DNA of 64,000 bases from Paracoccaceae bacterium (GTDB lineage Bacteria; Pseudomonadota; Alphaproteobacteria; Rhodobacterales; Rhodobacteraceae): positions 23,851-87,850 of the forward strand of contig JAIXPH010000002.1 in the NCBI GenBank assembly GCA_027486345.1. The letters run 5' to 3'. The stretch's first letter is position 1. Each line of letters begins with the position of its first letter. Under the pieces are notes generated by a model. The model saw only the letters and a list, made by a program, of their open reading frames with translations, made no database searches and had not been told where the DNA came from. The position numbers and the translations under genes are program-made. Shown piece by piece: positions 19,237 through 28,540 of the stretch.

Positions 19237-20237
19237 TTCGCCACCCTCAGTTTCGCCCGCTGCGACCAGCCCGCCGCGATGACCGCGACGACAAGCACCA
19301 CACCCGACACGCCCGATTGCACCTGCGGGTCCACCCCCGCAAGGATCAGGCCGTTGTACAGCGTGGACAGGATCAGGACCCCCATCACCGTGCGCAGCGC
19401 CCCGCCGCGCCCACCGCCCAAGGGCGTGCCGCCAATCACGATGGCGGCCAGCGTCAGGAACAGCATCCCCACGCCCACATTCGCCGCCCCCGCACCAAGG
19501 GCAAGGCTGCCCATGATCCCCGCCAGCGCCGAACAGGCCCCGGCAAAGGCGAAGAGGATGATGACAAAGCGCGTCACGGGAATCCCCGTCATCCGCGCGA
19601 CGGTTTCATTGTTGCCGATGGCATAGGCCGACCGGCCCAGACGGGTGTTGGCTTCCAGGAACCAGCCCAAGGCCACCACGACCAGCGCCAGAAGAAAGCT
19701 GTTGGGCAATCCCAGCGGCGATTGCGTGGGCCATGCGACGATGGCCTCGGACGACAAAAACGGGATCATCTCATAGCCGAACAGCAGCGCCGCGATGCCA
19801 AGGCCCACATACCACATGCCAAGCGAGACGATGAAGGAAGGCACCTTGGCCAGCGCATGGATCGCCCCGGTCAGCGCCCCCAAGCCCGCGCCCAGTGCCA
19901 GCGCGGCAGGCCATGCCAGCCAGCCGATATCCACCGTCTCGCGGCTGTTGGCGGACAAGAGGACAAAGGTCATCCCGGCCGCGCCCATCACGCCCTCGAC
20001 GGACAGGTCGATGCGCCCGGTCAGCACCACGGCGCTGGCCCCGACACCCACCACGATGGGGATCGCGGCATTGTTCAGAATGGTGTGAAGATTGGTCAGC
20101 GTCGGAAAGGACGCCGGGTTCAGGATGGAAAAGATCACGATCAGCGCCAGCAGGATGGCGAGTTCCGCCAATCCCCCGCGCCACGTCAGGACGGCGCGTC
20201 GCGTTCCGGTGCCGCCGGTTCCGGTCATGCTGGCCAT
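19233..20237 (-). CDS. Sugar ABC transporter permease
   Basis: 334-aa polytopic membrane protein of RbsC type (GGTPLGGGRGG near the C-terminus). Confidence 0.85.
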   Translation of the reverse strand: MASMTGTGGTGTRRAVLTWRGGLAELAILLALIVIFSILNPASFPTLTNLHTILNNAAIPIVVGVGASAVVLTGRIDLSVEGVMGAAGMTFVLLSANSRETVDIGWLAWPAALALGAGLGALTGAIHALAKVPSFIVSLGMWYVGLGIAALLFGYEMIPFLSSEAIVAWPTQSPLGLPNSFLLALVVVALGWFLEANTRLGRSAYAIGNNETVARMTGIPVTRFVIILFAFAGACSALAGIMGSLALGAGAANVGVGMLFLTLAAIVIGGTPLGGGRGGALRTVMGVLILSTLYNGLILAGVDPQVQSGVSGVVLVVAVIAAGWSQRAKLRVAK

Positions 20238-20311
20238 CTTCCGCTCCCCATCTGCCAGTTCAATTGCAAAGGCCGCCGCCCGTGTCGGGCGGCGGCGGGG
20301 TCAGTCAGGGA

Positions 20312-21427
20312 TCAACCCTGCGGTTGGGCAACCTTGCCGCCGACGAGGTCCATGAACGGATCGGCGATCAGACGGTCCAGCCAGGTCGGGTCGATCCCGC
20401 CATTGGCCTGGAACTGCGCCGCATTCTTGGGGGTGACGCAATCGATGGCATATTGGCCATGGCGCTGGTCTTCGGTCAGGTCGGCGATGTTGATTTCGCC
20501 CACCGCTGCCTTGTAGGCAATCAGAAGACCCGTCGCCGCCGCCTTGTAGCCGCGATGGAAGGACGAGGCCGCGACGACATCGCCATCGGGCTGGCCGACC
20601 ATCAGGTCCACGACCGGCGGGTAAGCGCCCTCGCCCGAGAACTTCACCTCGCCGATCATCCCGGCCTTCTTCACCGCCTCATAGGCGCCCAGCATCATGC
20701 CGTCATCGGCGGTCCAGACACCGTCGATCTGGTCGCCGTATTTGGCGATCAGTTGCTGGGTGGTCTTCAGCGCGATGGCCTGATCCCAGTTGGCGGGCTG
20801 TTCGTCCAGCAGGGTGATCTCCGGATAATCCTTGATCACGTTCTTCAGACCGGCGACGCGTTCCTGGCTGACGGTGCTGTCCAGCACGCCCGGCAGCGCG
20901 ATGATGCCGCCCTTGCCGCCCATCGCCTCGACCAGCGCCTTGGCGCCGCATTCCCCGGCCGTGATGCCGTTATAGGTGCCGAAGGACACAAAATGGTCGC
21001 CCACATCGGCGGGTTCCATGTTCGGGGGCATGTTCCACCACACCACCATGTAACCGCCGTTCTGCTTGACGGTGTTGGCGATGGCGGGCACGTCCGACGC
21101 GGCCAGCGGGTTGGTCACGAGGACGATCTTCTTGCCCTTGGCGGCCAGCGCCTGGATCCCGGCGATCTGGGTTTGCGAGCTGCCGTTGGATTGCACGATC
21201 TCGACCGGCAGGCCCAGCTTTTCGCCCAGCGCCTTGGACCCTTCGATCCACGAGGCCATGTAGGGGTTGGTGGCGTTGATGACGGTCGTCACCAGCACCA
21301 GATCGGACTTGTCATAGGTGGGTTGCGACACCTCGGCCAGGGCGCCGCCGACCGACGCAAACGAGACAAGCGAGGCCACTCCGGCACAGAGCTTGGCCCT
21401 GATGCCGGTCTTGAAGACCATATTCAT
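20312..21427 (-). CDS. Sugar ABC transporter periplasmic substrate-binding protein
   Basis: 371 aa with an N-terminal signal-like segment (AGVASLVSFASVGGALA) and a type 1 PBP core. Confidence 0.8.
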   Translation of the reverse strand: MNMVFKTGIRAKLCAGVASLVSFASVGGALAEVSQPTYDKSDLVLVTTVINATNPYMASWIEGSKALGEKLGLPVEIVQSNGSSQTQIAGIQALAAKGKKIVLVTNPLAASDVPAIANTVKQNGGYMVVWWNMPPNMEPADVGDHFVSFGTYNGITAGECGAKALVEAMGGKGGIIALPGVLDSTVSQERVAGLKNVIKDYPEITLLDEQPANWDQAIALKTTQQLIAKYGDQIDGVWTADDGMMLGAYEAVKKAGMIGEVKFSGEGAYPPVVDLMVGQPDGDVVAASSFHRGYKAAATGLLIAYKAAVGEINIADLTEDQRHGQYAIDCVTPKNAAQFQANGGIDPTWLDRLIADPFMDLVGGKVAQPQG

Positions 21428-21485
21428 TGCGATTCCTCCCAGAATGACGACTGAACATATGTAAATCGTCTTCGTAACTTGTGCA

Positions 21486-21519
21486 CGAACATTTGGCGCG
21501 GTGTCAACATAAATGTTCG
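21486..21519. promoter_or_regulatory. Inverted repeat in the promoter region of the 16.7-21.4 kb transporter operon (candidate operator)
   Basis: CGAACATTT (21486-21494) and AAATGTTCG (21511-21519) are perfect 9-bp inverted arms with a 16-nt spacer. They lie 60-90 nt upstream of the SBP start, and a TetR gene is adjacent. Confidence 0.3.
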
Positions 21520-21720
21520 CTTCGATGCGGCGTGAGGGTTTGCGTCCGTGTCAGCCTGCCGAAAGGCTGACACGTGCAGGGCAGCGTTTGCAACATTTTC
21601 AGGCGGTGTTTGGGCGGGCGTCGGCTTCCCGCGCCGTTGCAGGGCTCTGCAAGGCACCTCAACCGTGACTGGTGCTCCTGCCGCCATCAGACGATGGGGG
21701 TCAGGTCGGGTGGTCGGGGA

Positions 21721-22359
21721 TCAGGGCGACTCGGGCACGAAATCGTGCTGGGCGTGGAAACGGGCGATCTCCCGCGCGGGGGGGACGATGCCGGTGAAGA
21801 TCTGCACATAGGACGGAATCCGCGACATCCGCACCGCCAGCGGTTCTTGCACCCGCATCGAGATATAGCCGATCTGGGTCAGATAGACCGTCCGCGCCCG
21901 CGTTTCGGCATCCACGCCCTCATGGCCCCAGCGGTGGAACATCTGCACCAAGGCCTCGATGCGGATCAGGTCTTCGCGGTGCAGGCGGGCCATGATCTGC
22001 GGATCGCTTTGCGCCCAGGACCGGATGGCGAATTCCAGCGGGCTGTCAAAGGCCTTGTCGCCCAGAAAGCAACTGATGACATTCAGCATCGCCTCGGATT
22101 CCGTTTCGGCAAAGGCCTTGCAGGCGGCGATCAACCCGTCACTGGTGCGAGAGGCCCAACGGTCGGCCAGCGCCGTCAACAGCGAGTGGCGATCCACGAA
22201 ATGCCAGTAGAAGCTGGTCCGCGCGATCTTGAGCCGTTTCGAGAGGCTCTGGATCGTGACGCTTTCCACCCCCGACAGCACAAGCAATTCATGCGCGGCC
22301 TCAAGCCAGACCTCGCGCGAGCCCCGCCAACCGGATTCTGGACGTTCACCATTGCTCAT
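21721..22359 (-). CDS. TetR-family transcriptional regulator
   Basis: 212 aa with an N-terminal HTH (VTIQSLSKRLKIARTSFYWHF). Confidence 0.85.
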   Translation of the reverse strand: MSNGERPESGWRGSREVWLEAAHELLVLSGVESVTIQSLSKRLKIARTSFYWHFVDRHSLLTALADRWASRTSDGLIAACKAFAETESEAMLNVISCFLGDKAFDSPLEFAIRSWAQSDPQIMARLHREDLIRIEALVQMFHRWGHEGVDAETRARTVYLTQIGYISMRVQEPLAVRMSRIPSYVQIFTGIVPPAREIARFHAQHDFVPESP

Positions 22360-22433
22360 CTGGCTTGGTCTAAGGTCATTCTGGCCACTGGGAAAGCGGT
22401 ATCTCTGGCGCGCGGTCGCGGTGGTGGATCGGA

Positions 22434-23246
22434 TCAGCCTTTGCCTTGGGCGGTTTTGTCCAGACCCAGCCGTGCCGAGAACCCGTCCAGACCCTTGACC
22501 ATATCCGCTTTGGCCCTGGCCATCGCGGCGCGCAAGGTGGCGTTCACCCCCCCCTCAGTGGACAGGTTGCGCAGGGCGCCCGCCAACTCCCCACCGGTGG
22601 CGCGTTCGGGCAGATAGGCGCGGATCATGGCGGCGACATAGGCCTCGGCCGATGCAGGATCGCCGGTGTGGCCTGCCAGCCAACCCGCCGCCGTCAGCAA
22701 CTGGTCCAGCATGGTCGCGCTGATCCCCGAGACCGCCAGATGTGCGGCCAAGGCGGTCTCGCTCTCCAGCGTGATCACCGGATTGCGCGCGCCAAACAGC
22801 GCCTCCAGCGTGGGCGAGGCCGGATAGACCGGCAGCGGGCATCCCCCCTTGGCGATCGGGGGCAAGGGGATGGTCAGGGCGATATCGGTCGCCGGGGCGC
22901 AGAGGTGGCGCAGCTTGTCCAAAGGCGCGTCCACCATGACCGAAATCACGCGGTGATCGGTGCGGAAGGGAAGCCCCGGCACCACATCCACCGCCACGCG
23001 GGCCAGAAGGCACAGGAACACCACATCGGACCCCGCCACCACCTCTTCGTTGCTGGCGATGGAGACACCCGGAATCTCTGCCGCCAAAGCAGCGGCGATG
23101 GTCGCGTTGCGGGGAGAGATCAAGATCTGGTGCCCCTGCCCGGCCAAGCCGCGCACCATGGCACGGGTGATGTCACCTGTGCCGATAAAGCCCAGGCGCA
23201 TCGGGTGCGTGCCGGTGCTGGCAGTATCTTGTGCCGAAAGGGTCAT
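22434..23246 (-). CDS. Pyrroline-5-carboxylate reductase-like NADP-dependent oxidoreductase
   Basis: 270 aa with MRLGFIGTGDITRAM (Rossmann) 15 residues in, so the true start could be 23201. ProC/F420-type NADP oxidoreductase pattern. Confidence 0.65.
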   Translation of the reverse strand: MTLSAQDTASTGTHPMRLGFIGTGDITRAMVRGLAGQGHQILISPRNATIAAALAAEIPGVSIASNEEVVAGSDVVFLCLLARVAVDVVPGLPFRTDHRVISVMVDAPLDKLRHLCAPATDIALTIPLPPIAKGGCPLPVYPASPTLEALFGARNPVITLESETALAAHLAVSGISATMLDQLLTAAGWLAGHTGDPASAEAYVAAMIRAYLPERATGGELAGALRNLSTEGGVNATLRAAMARAKADMVKGLDGFSARLGLDKTAQGKG

Positions 23247-23347
23247 GGTGGCCTTGCCTCAAGCGTTGCAACGCAAAGCGCGTCGTCGCGTCATCGACAG
23301 TGCACAGCAATGGGCCGACAGGCGCAAGACCCGTCGGCCCAAAGGGA

Positions 23348-24802
23348 TCAGACGCGGAACAGGTCTTGGGCGACCCCGGCCTTGTCCAGCAGGTAATCGC
23401 GGCTTGCCTCGATCTCGGTCCGCAGTTTTGCCATGTCGTGCCCCAGCATCGCGCCCTGCCATTTGCGCACTTGGCCCGCGCAGATCACCGTGGCGACGTT
23501 TGAGCGTTCCATCAGCGTGACCACGGCCCCCGGCACGTGGTTCAGCGGGGCCACGTTCAGCGCGGTGGCGTCCAGAAGCACGATATCGGCTTCTTTGCCC
23601 GGCGTCAGGCTGCCGGTCTTGTGGTCCAGCTTCAGCCCCTTGGCCCCGCCCATTGTCGCCATGTTGATCACATCGACCGCCGACAGCAGCTTGGGATATT
23701 CCGCGCCGCGCAGGGCAAGGTCGTTGGCAAACATGCGCTGCAAGGTGATGGCAGAGCGCATCTGCGTGAACGGGTCCGCCGTCATGGTGCATTCCACGTC
23801 CGACGACAGCGAGGGCAGCATGCCAAGGTCCAGACATTTCTGGATCGGCGGATTGCCGTGCCGCATCTGCATCTCGATCGGGACCGACAGCGACACATGC
23901 GCGCCCGCGTCGGCGGCCTTTTGCCAGGCCATGTCAGACATGCCGGTCATGTGGATAAAGATGCAATCCGGCCCGAATTGCCCCGCCGTGGCAAGCGCGT
24001 CAAAGGTGGGGGCCATGCCGAAAGTGCCGACGATATGCATCGCCAGCGGCAAGCCAAGCTCGCGTCCCGTGGCCCAGGCTGCTTCATACCCCGGCAGGTA
24101 GATTTCTGCGCCCATCACCATCGACAGCAACTGGTCGTCGCTGGCGAAGTGCTGCGCCTTGATGCGGCGGGCGTCGGCGGGATATTGCGCCTTTTCGCCC
24201 CAGCCTTCGAAATAACCAAACACCGCGCGGCGGCCTGCATCGTGCAGCGCCTGAATCACGGCGTCGGAATGTTCGGGGCTGTGGTGGATCTGGCTGACAT
24301 CCATCACCGTGGTCACGCCCGCATCAATCTGGCTGATCGAACCGAAGAGTTCCGAGATATAGACATCCTCGGGCCGGTAATGCAGCGAGAATTTCTGAAG
24401 CATCCACTCATAGTAATTGGCCCCGCTTTCGGGACGCCCATCATTCACCAGAATCGCATCGGCCAGGACCGAGCGCAGCGCCGTTTCGAACTGGTGGTGG
24501 TGGGTGTCGATGAAGCCCGGCATCACCACATGGCCCGTCGCGTCGATCACCGCGGCATCAGGGGCATCGATATGGGCTGCGATGGCGAGGATCTTCTTGC
24601 CCTCGATCAGCACGTCGCCCTTGGCGAAATTGCCGATGGACGGGTCCATCGACAGCACATGGCCGCCGCGGATCAGGGTCTTGCGTCCGGCTTGGCCGAT
24701 CCCGGCAGGCAGGGCCGAGGCGGCGGCGCGGCTGGAGGCGCCACCGCTGTCGGCGGGGGCGCGGGTCAGGGTCGGGCGCGTGGCATCACAGAATTTGCAC
24801 AT
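23348..24802 (-). CDS. Amidohydrolase-superfamily metal-dependent hydrolase/deaminase
   Basis: 484 aa with a PGFIDTHHHQFE metal-binding HxH motif. The N-terminal 40 aa are Ala/Ser/Arg-rich, so this could be a Tat-like leader or an over-called start. Confidence 0.75.
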   Translation of the reverse strand: MCKFCDATRPTLTRAPADSGGASSRAAASALPAGIGQAGRKTLIRGGHVLSMDPSIGNFAKGDVLIEGKKILAIAAHIDAPDAAVIDATGHVVMPGFIDTHHHQFETALRSVLADAILVNDGRPESGANYYEWMLQKFSLHYRPEDVYISELFGSISQIDAGVTTVMDVSQIHHSPEHSDAVIQALHDAGRRAVFGYFEGWGEKAQYPADARRIKAQHFASDDQLLSMVMGAEIYLPGYEAAWATGRELGLPLAMHIVGTFGMAPTFDALATAGQFGPDCIFIHMTGMSDMAWQKAADAGAHVSLSVPIEMQMRHGNPPIQKCLDLGMLPSLSSDVECTMTADPFTQMRSAITLQRMFANDLALRGAEYPKLLSAVDVINMATMGGAKGLKLDHKTGSLTPGKEADIVLLDATALNVAPLNHVPGAVVTLMERSNVATVICAGQVRKWQGAMLGHDMAKLRTEIEASRDYLLDKAGVAQDLFRV

Positions 24803-24854
24803 GTCTTGTCTCTCCTCCCAGATGGATCGTGTTCTTGTTCTGCATCAGTGGTGG

Positions 24855-25655
24855 TCATGGCCGGGTCAGCAGGGCCGACAGCGCCGGAATACGGGCCGTG
24901 GCAGCGGACAGACGGCTGGCGGCAGCCCGCAGGTCGGGCAGGCGGTCGGCCACCATCTTCTCCGGCGTGACCAATCCCGTGTAGCCCGACGAATTCAGCG
25001 CCGCGACGACCTGCCCATCGGCGGCCCGGATCGGCACGGCAAGCGCGGTGATGCCGTAATCCAACTGGTCCAAGGTTGTGGCATAGCCTGTGGCCCGCGC
25101 GTCAAGGATCAGGCGGCGCAACTCGGCCTTGTCGGTGACCGTGCGGGTGGTCAGGGCGACCGGGGCCATCGCGTCCATCGCAGCCTCCAGCGCGTCATCC
25201 GGCAGACCGGCCAGCAAGACGCGCCCAAGGCTGGTGGCATGGGCCGGATAGCGCGCCCCCACCACGGCGGAGGCCCGGCGCGCCCGCTGGGTGGAATGAT
25301 GCGCGATATAGATCACGTCCGTGCCATCCAGCATCGCCACGGAAGAGGCGTCGCCATGCGTTTCCACGATCTGCCGCAGTTCCGGCAGCATGAATTCATC
25401 GATCCGTGCGGCGAAATAGAACCCCGACCCCAGCGCCATCACCTTGGGCCGCAGATGGAACCGCTTGCCGTTGCGCCCGACATAGCCCAGCGCTGCCAGC
25501 GTGATCAGGCTGCGCCGCGCCGTTGCGGGTGAGAGGCCGGTGCGGCGGGCAATGTCTGACAGGGTCATGTCGGGGTGGGCGGGATCAAAGCATTCCAGCA
25601 CCGCCAGCCCCGTGGCGAGCGCCTCGACGAATTCTGCCGGACGGTCTGTCGCCAT
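24855..25655 (-). CDS. IclR-family transcriptional regulator (PcaR/PobR-like)
   Basis: I chose the start at 25655 (MATDRPAEFVEALATGLAVL...), which sits 1 nt from the stop of the upstream dioxygenase gene. wHTH (LSDIARRTGLSPATARRSL) plus an IclR effector domain. Confidence 0.8.
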   Translation of the reverse strand: MATDRPAEFVEALATGLAVLECFDPAHPDMTLSDIARRTGLSPATARRSLITLAALGYVGRNGKRFHLRPKVMALGSGFYFAARIDEFMLPELRQIVETHGDASSVAMLDGTDVIYIAHHSTQRARRASAVVGARYPAHATSLGRVLLAGLPDDALEAAMDAMAPVALTTRTVTDKAELRRLILDARATGYATTLDQLDYGITALAVPIRAADGQVVAALNSSGYTGLVTPEKMVADRLPDLRAAASRLSAATARIPALSALLTRP

Positions 25656-25656
25656 C

Positions 25657-26517
25657 TCAGCCCGCCGGGGCCAGCACGAAGTCAAAGGCGCATTTGGCAT
25701 CCGGCTTCTTGTCGGTCGGCGGCAGGATGTCGGTCTTCTTGACCGTCTCCAACTTGGTGATCAGCGACCGGCGCACACCAAAGACGGCATCATTGTCCAG
25801 ATAATCGGTAGCCTCGAAGAACATCTCGGTCGTGATGGCGCGATAGCCTTCGGCGCGGATGATGTAATGCAGGTGCGAGGCCCGCCATGAATGGCGCTGG
25901 CCTGCGCGCAACAGCCGCCCCACCGGGCCGTCATAGGGCACCGTATAGGGTTTGGGCAGCACGGTCGTGTACCAGTATTTGCCCTTTTCGTTGGCCGTGA
26001 TGATGGCGCGCAGGTCGAACTTGTCCTGCCCGCTGGCCTGTTCCTGAATGGGATAAGTGCCCGCCGCATCGGCCTGCCATGTGTCGATCACCGCGCCGGG
26101 GATCGGATTGCCCAGCGTGTCACGCACCTGCCCCTGCACCAGCAGCACCGCGCCGTCGCGGCCCTTGCCCAGATCACCACCCAGCGCCATGCGCGGGGCA
26201 TCGTCCAGATAGAAGGGCCCAAGGTTCGACCCTTCGGTCGCGCCGCCGCGCGTGTTGATCATGTCCACCAGCGCGGAAAAGCCCAAGACATCCGACAGCA
26301 GGATGAATTCATGCCGTTCTGGGGTGGAGATTTGCCCGCAGTCATACAGGAAATTCAGCACCCCGATCCATTCGTCATGGGTCAGGTTCACCTCACGCGT
26401 GTAGTCGTGCAGATGGTCGATGAAGGCTTCGAGCAGGAATTTCAGGCGGCTGCCCTCGGCCGTTTTGAACGAGGCCTTGACCGCTTCGGTGATGGTGAAC
26501 TGGTTGATATCGCGCAT
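25657..26517 (-). CDS. Intradiol ring-cleavage dioxygenase (hydroxyquinol/catechol 1,2-dioxygenase family)
   Basis: 286 aa with an N-terminal helical linker domain and a catalytic core (GPFY, TVPYDGP, WRASHLHY). Confidence 0.8.
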   Translation of the reverse strand: MRDINQFTITEAVKASFKTAEGSRLKFLLEAFIDHLHDYTREVNLTHDEWIGVLNFLYDCGQISTPERHEFILLSDVLGFSALVDMINTRGGATEGSNLGPFYLDDAPRMALGGDLGKGRDGAVLLVQGQVRDTLGNPIPGAVIDTWQADAAGTYPIQEQASGQDKFDLRAIITANEKGKYWYTTVLPKPYTVPYDGPVGRLLRAGQRHSWRASHLHYIIRAEGYRAITTEMFFEATDYLDNDAVFGVRRSLITKLETVKKTDILPPTDKKPDAKCAFDFVLAPAG

Positions 26518-26613
26518 GGGTCAGCCTCCCTCGCATTTCCCGTTGACGTGAAGCTAGGGCGGCCCATATCTTTCGGCAAGAGAATTTATTTTCGCTGTGC
26601 GAAAGGAAGTGGC

Positions 26614-27402
26614 ATGCGGATCGGCAAACAGGACAACGCCTTTACGGCCATCGCCACCTCGGACGACCAGTCGATCACGGTGCGCGGGCATGATCTGGTG
26701 AATGATCTGATCGGGCAGATCGACTTTACCGATTACTTCTGGCTCTTGGTCTGCGGTCATCGCCCGACCAAAACGCAGACCGCGATGATGAACGCCTGCC
26801 TTGTGGCGATTGCGGAGCATGGGCTTGTGCCATCCGTGCAGGCCGCGCGCATGACCTTGGCCGCAGCGCCTGAGGCTTGGCAGGGCGCAATGGCGGCGGG
26901 TCTTTTGGGCATGGGCACTGTCGTTGCCGGATCGACTGAGGTGGCGGGACGGTTTCTGGCCGAAGTGGTGGCCGCTGGCGGCGACGAAGCCGCCGTCGTG
27001 GCCGCTTTGGAGCGTGTGAAAGCCGCCAAGCAAAAGGTGCCCGGCCTTGGCCATCCCCAGCACACGGCGGGCGATCCGCGGGCCGACAAATTGCTGGCCA
27101 TCGCCGATGATCTGGGGATTTCCGGGGCGCATGTCGCCGCCTTGCGCCATCTGGGGGCCAAGGCCCCGGCATTGATGAACCGACCCTTGCCGATCAACGT
27201 CTCTGGCGCGATTCCGGCGGTGATTTTGGATGCGGGCTGGCCGCTGGCGGCGTTAAAGGCCGTGCCGATCCTTGCCCGTGCGGGCGGATTGGCGGCGCAT
27301 CTCTATGAGGAATCGCAACGCCCCATTGGCTTTATCCTGTCCAACCATGCCGATCAGGCGATCACCTATGACGGGGCCAAGGCCGGGGAGAGCGCCCAAT
27401 GA
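26614..27402 (+). CDS. Citryl-CoA lyase-like protein (short citrate-synthase-family member)
   Basis: ATG at 26614 after GAAAGGAAG. 262 aa with the citrate-synthase-family signature GLGHPQHTAGDPRA. The 241-codon ORF extension upstream is antisense to the dioxygenase gene and was rejected. Confidence 0.7.
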   Translation: MRIGKQDNAFTAIATSDDQSITVRGHDLVNDLIGQIDFTDYFWLLVCGHRPTKTQTAMMNACLVAIAEHGLVPSVQAARMTLAAAPEAWQGAMAAGLLGMGTVVAGSTEVAGRFLAEVVAAGGDEAAVVAALERVKAAKQKVPGLGHPQHTAGDPRADKLLAIADDLGISGAHVAALRHLGAKAPALMNRPLPINVSGAIPAVILDAGWPLAALKAVPILARAGGLAAHLYEESQRPIGFILSNHADQAITYDGAKAGESAQ

Positions 27403-28535
27403 AGCCGCTTCGCAGTCTGCGCGTGGTGGAGATGGGCACCTATATCACCGGTCCCGCCTGCGCGATGCAATTGGCCGATCTGGGGGCCGATGTGATCAAG
27501 GTGGAACGCCCCGGCGAGGGCGATCCCTTCCGCGCGTTCAAGGGCGGTCTCTATTCCCCGCATTTCCAGACTTACAACCGCAACAAACGTTCCATCGCAC
27601 TGGACACCAAGAAGCCCGACGATCTGGCGGTGTTCAACGCCCTGATCGCGCGGGCCGATGTGTTCATCCAGAACTTCCGCCCCGGCGTGGCCGAAAAACT
27701 GGGCGCGGGCGAAGACGATTTGCGCGCCATCAACCCAAAGATCATCTATTGCGCGATTTCGGGCTTTGGCACATCCGGCCCCGCGCGGGACCGACCGACC
27801 TATGACACAGTGGCACAGGCGGCGTCGGGGTTCCTGCGCCTGATGACCCCGCCCACCAATCCACGGGTCATCGGCCCCGCCATCGCCGATGCCGTCACCG
27901 GCCATTACGCGGCGACGGGCATCCTTGCCGCCCTGATCGAACGCGGGGTGACGGGTCAGGGGCGGCGGCTGGATATTTCCATGCTCGAGGCGATGTGCCA
28001 CTTCAACCTCGACAGCTTTACCCACTATTACAGCGTGGGTGAGGTGATGGGCCCCCTGTCGCGCCCCGTGGTCAGCCAATCCTACACCTTTGAATGCGCC
28101 GATGGCCAATGGATCGCCATCCACATGTCCAGCCCGCCGAAGTTCTGGACCGGGTTCCTGTCGGCGACGGGTCAGGACCATCTGGCCACTGACCCGCGCT
28201 TTGCCGAACGGTTGGAGAGGATCAAGCATCAGGACGACCTGATTGACATCATGACGCCCATCTTCCGCACCCGCCCCTTGGCGGATTGGTGTGCGGCGCT
28301 TGAGGCGGCAGAGGTGCCCTATTCCCCCGCCTATGACAGCGACACCGCGCTGGAAGATCCCCAAGCCGTGCATCTGGGCATCAAGGTCAGCGCGGATCAT
28401 GCGGCGATGGGCCAATTCACGACCGTCCGCGCGCCCTACAATTTCGACGGCAAGGCGGATGGGGATGTGCGCCCCCCGCCGATGCTGGATGAACATGGCG
28501 CGGAAATCCGGGCGGAACTGGCGGCTGCGGGATAA
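27399..28535 (+). CDS. Family III CoA-transferase (CaiB/BaiF type)
   Basis: 378 aa with an ATGA overlap onto the upstream gene. The N-terminus is LRVVEMGTYITGPACAMQLADLGADVIKVE. Confidence 0.85.
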   Translation: MKPLRSLRVVEMGTYITGPACAMQLADLGADVIKVERPGEGDPFRAFKGGLYSPHFQTYNRNKRSIALDTKKPDDLAVFNALIARADVFIQNFRPGVAEKLGAGEDDLRAINPKIIYCAISGFGTSGPARDRPTYDTVAQAASGFLRLMTPPTNPRVIGPAIADAVTGHYAATGILAALIERGVTGQGRRLDISMLEAMCHFNLDSFTHYYSVGEVMGPLSRPVVSQSYTFECADGQWIAIHMSSPPKFWTGFLSATGQDHLATDPRFAERLERIKHQDDLIDIMTPIFRTRPLADWCAALEAAEVPYSPAYDSDTALEDPQAVHLGIKVSADHAAMGQFTTVRAPYNFDGKADGDVRPPPMLDEHGAEIRAELAAAG

Positions 28536-28540
28536 CGCTG

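Noticed and set aside
17665-19626. 653-aa plus-strand ORF (and the similar 19317-20516 and 19895-21454 ORFs)
   Set aside because: All run antisense to ABC transporter genes with clear Walker and permease motifs. Compositionally they look like shadow frames.
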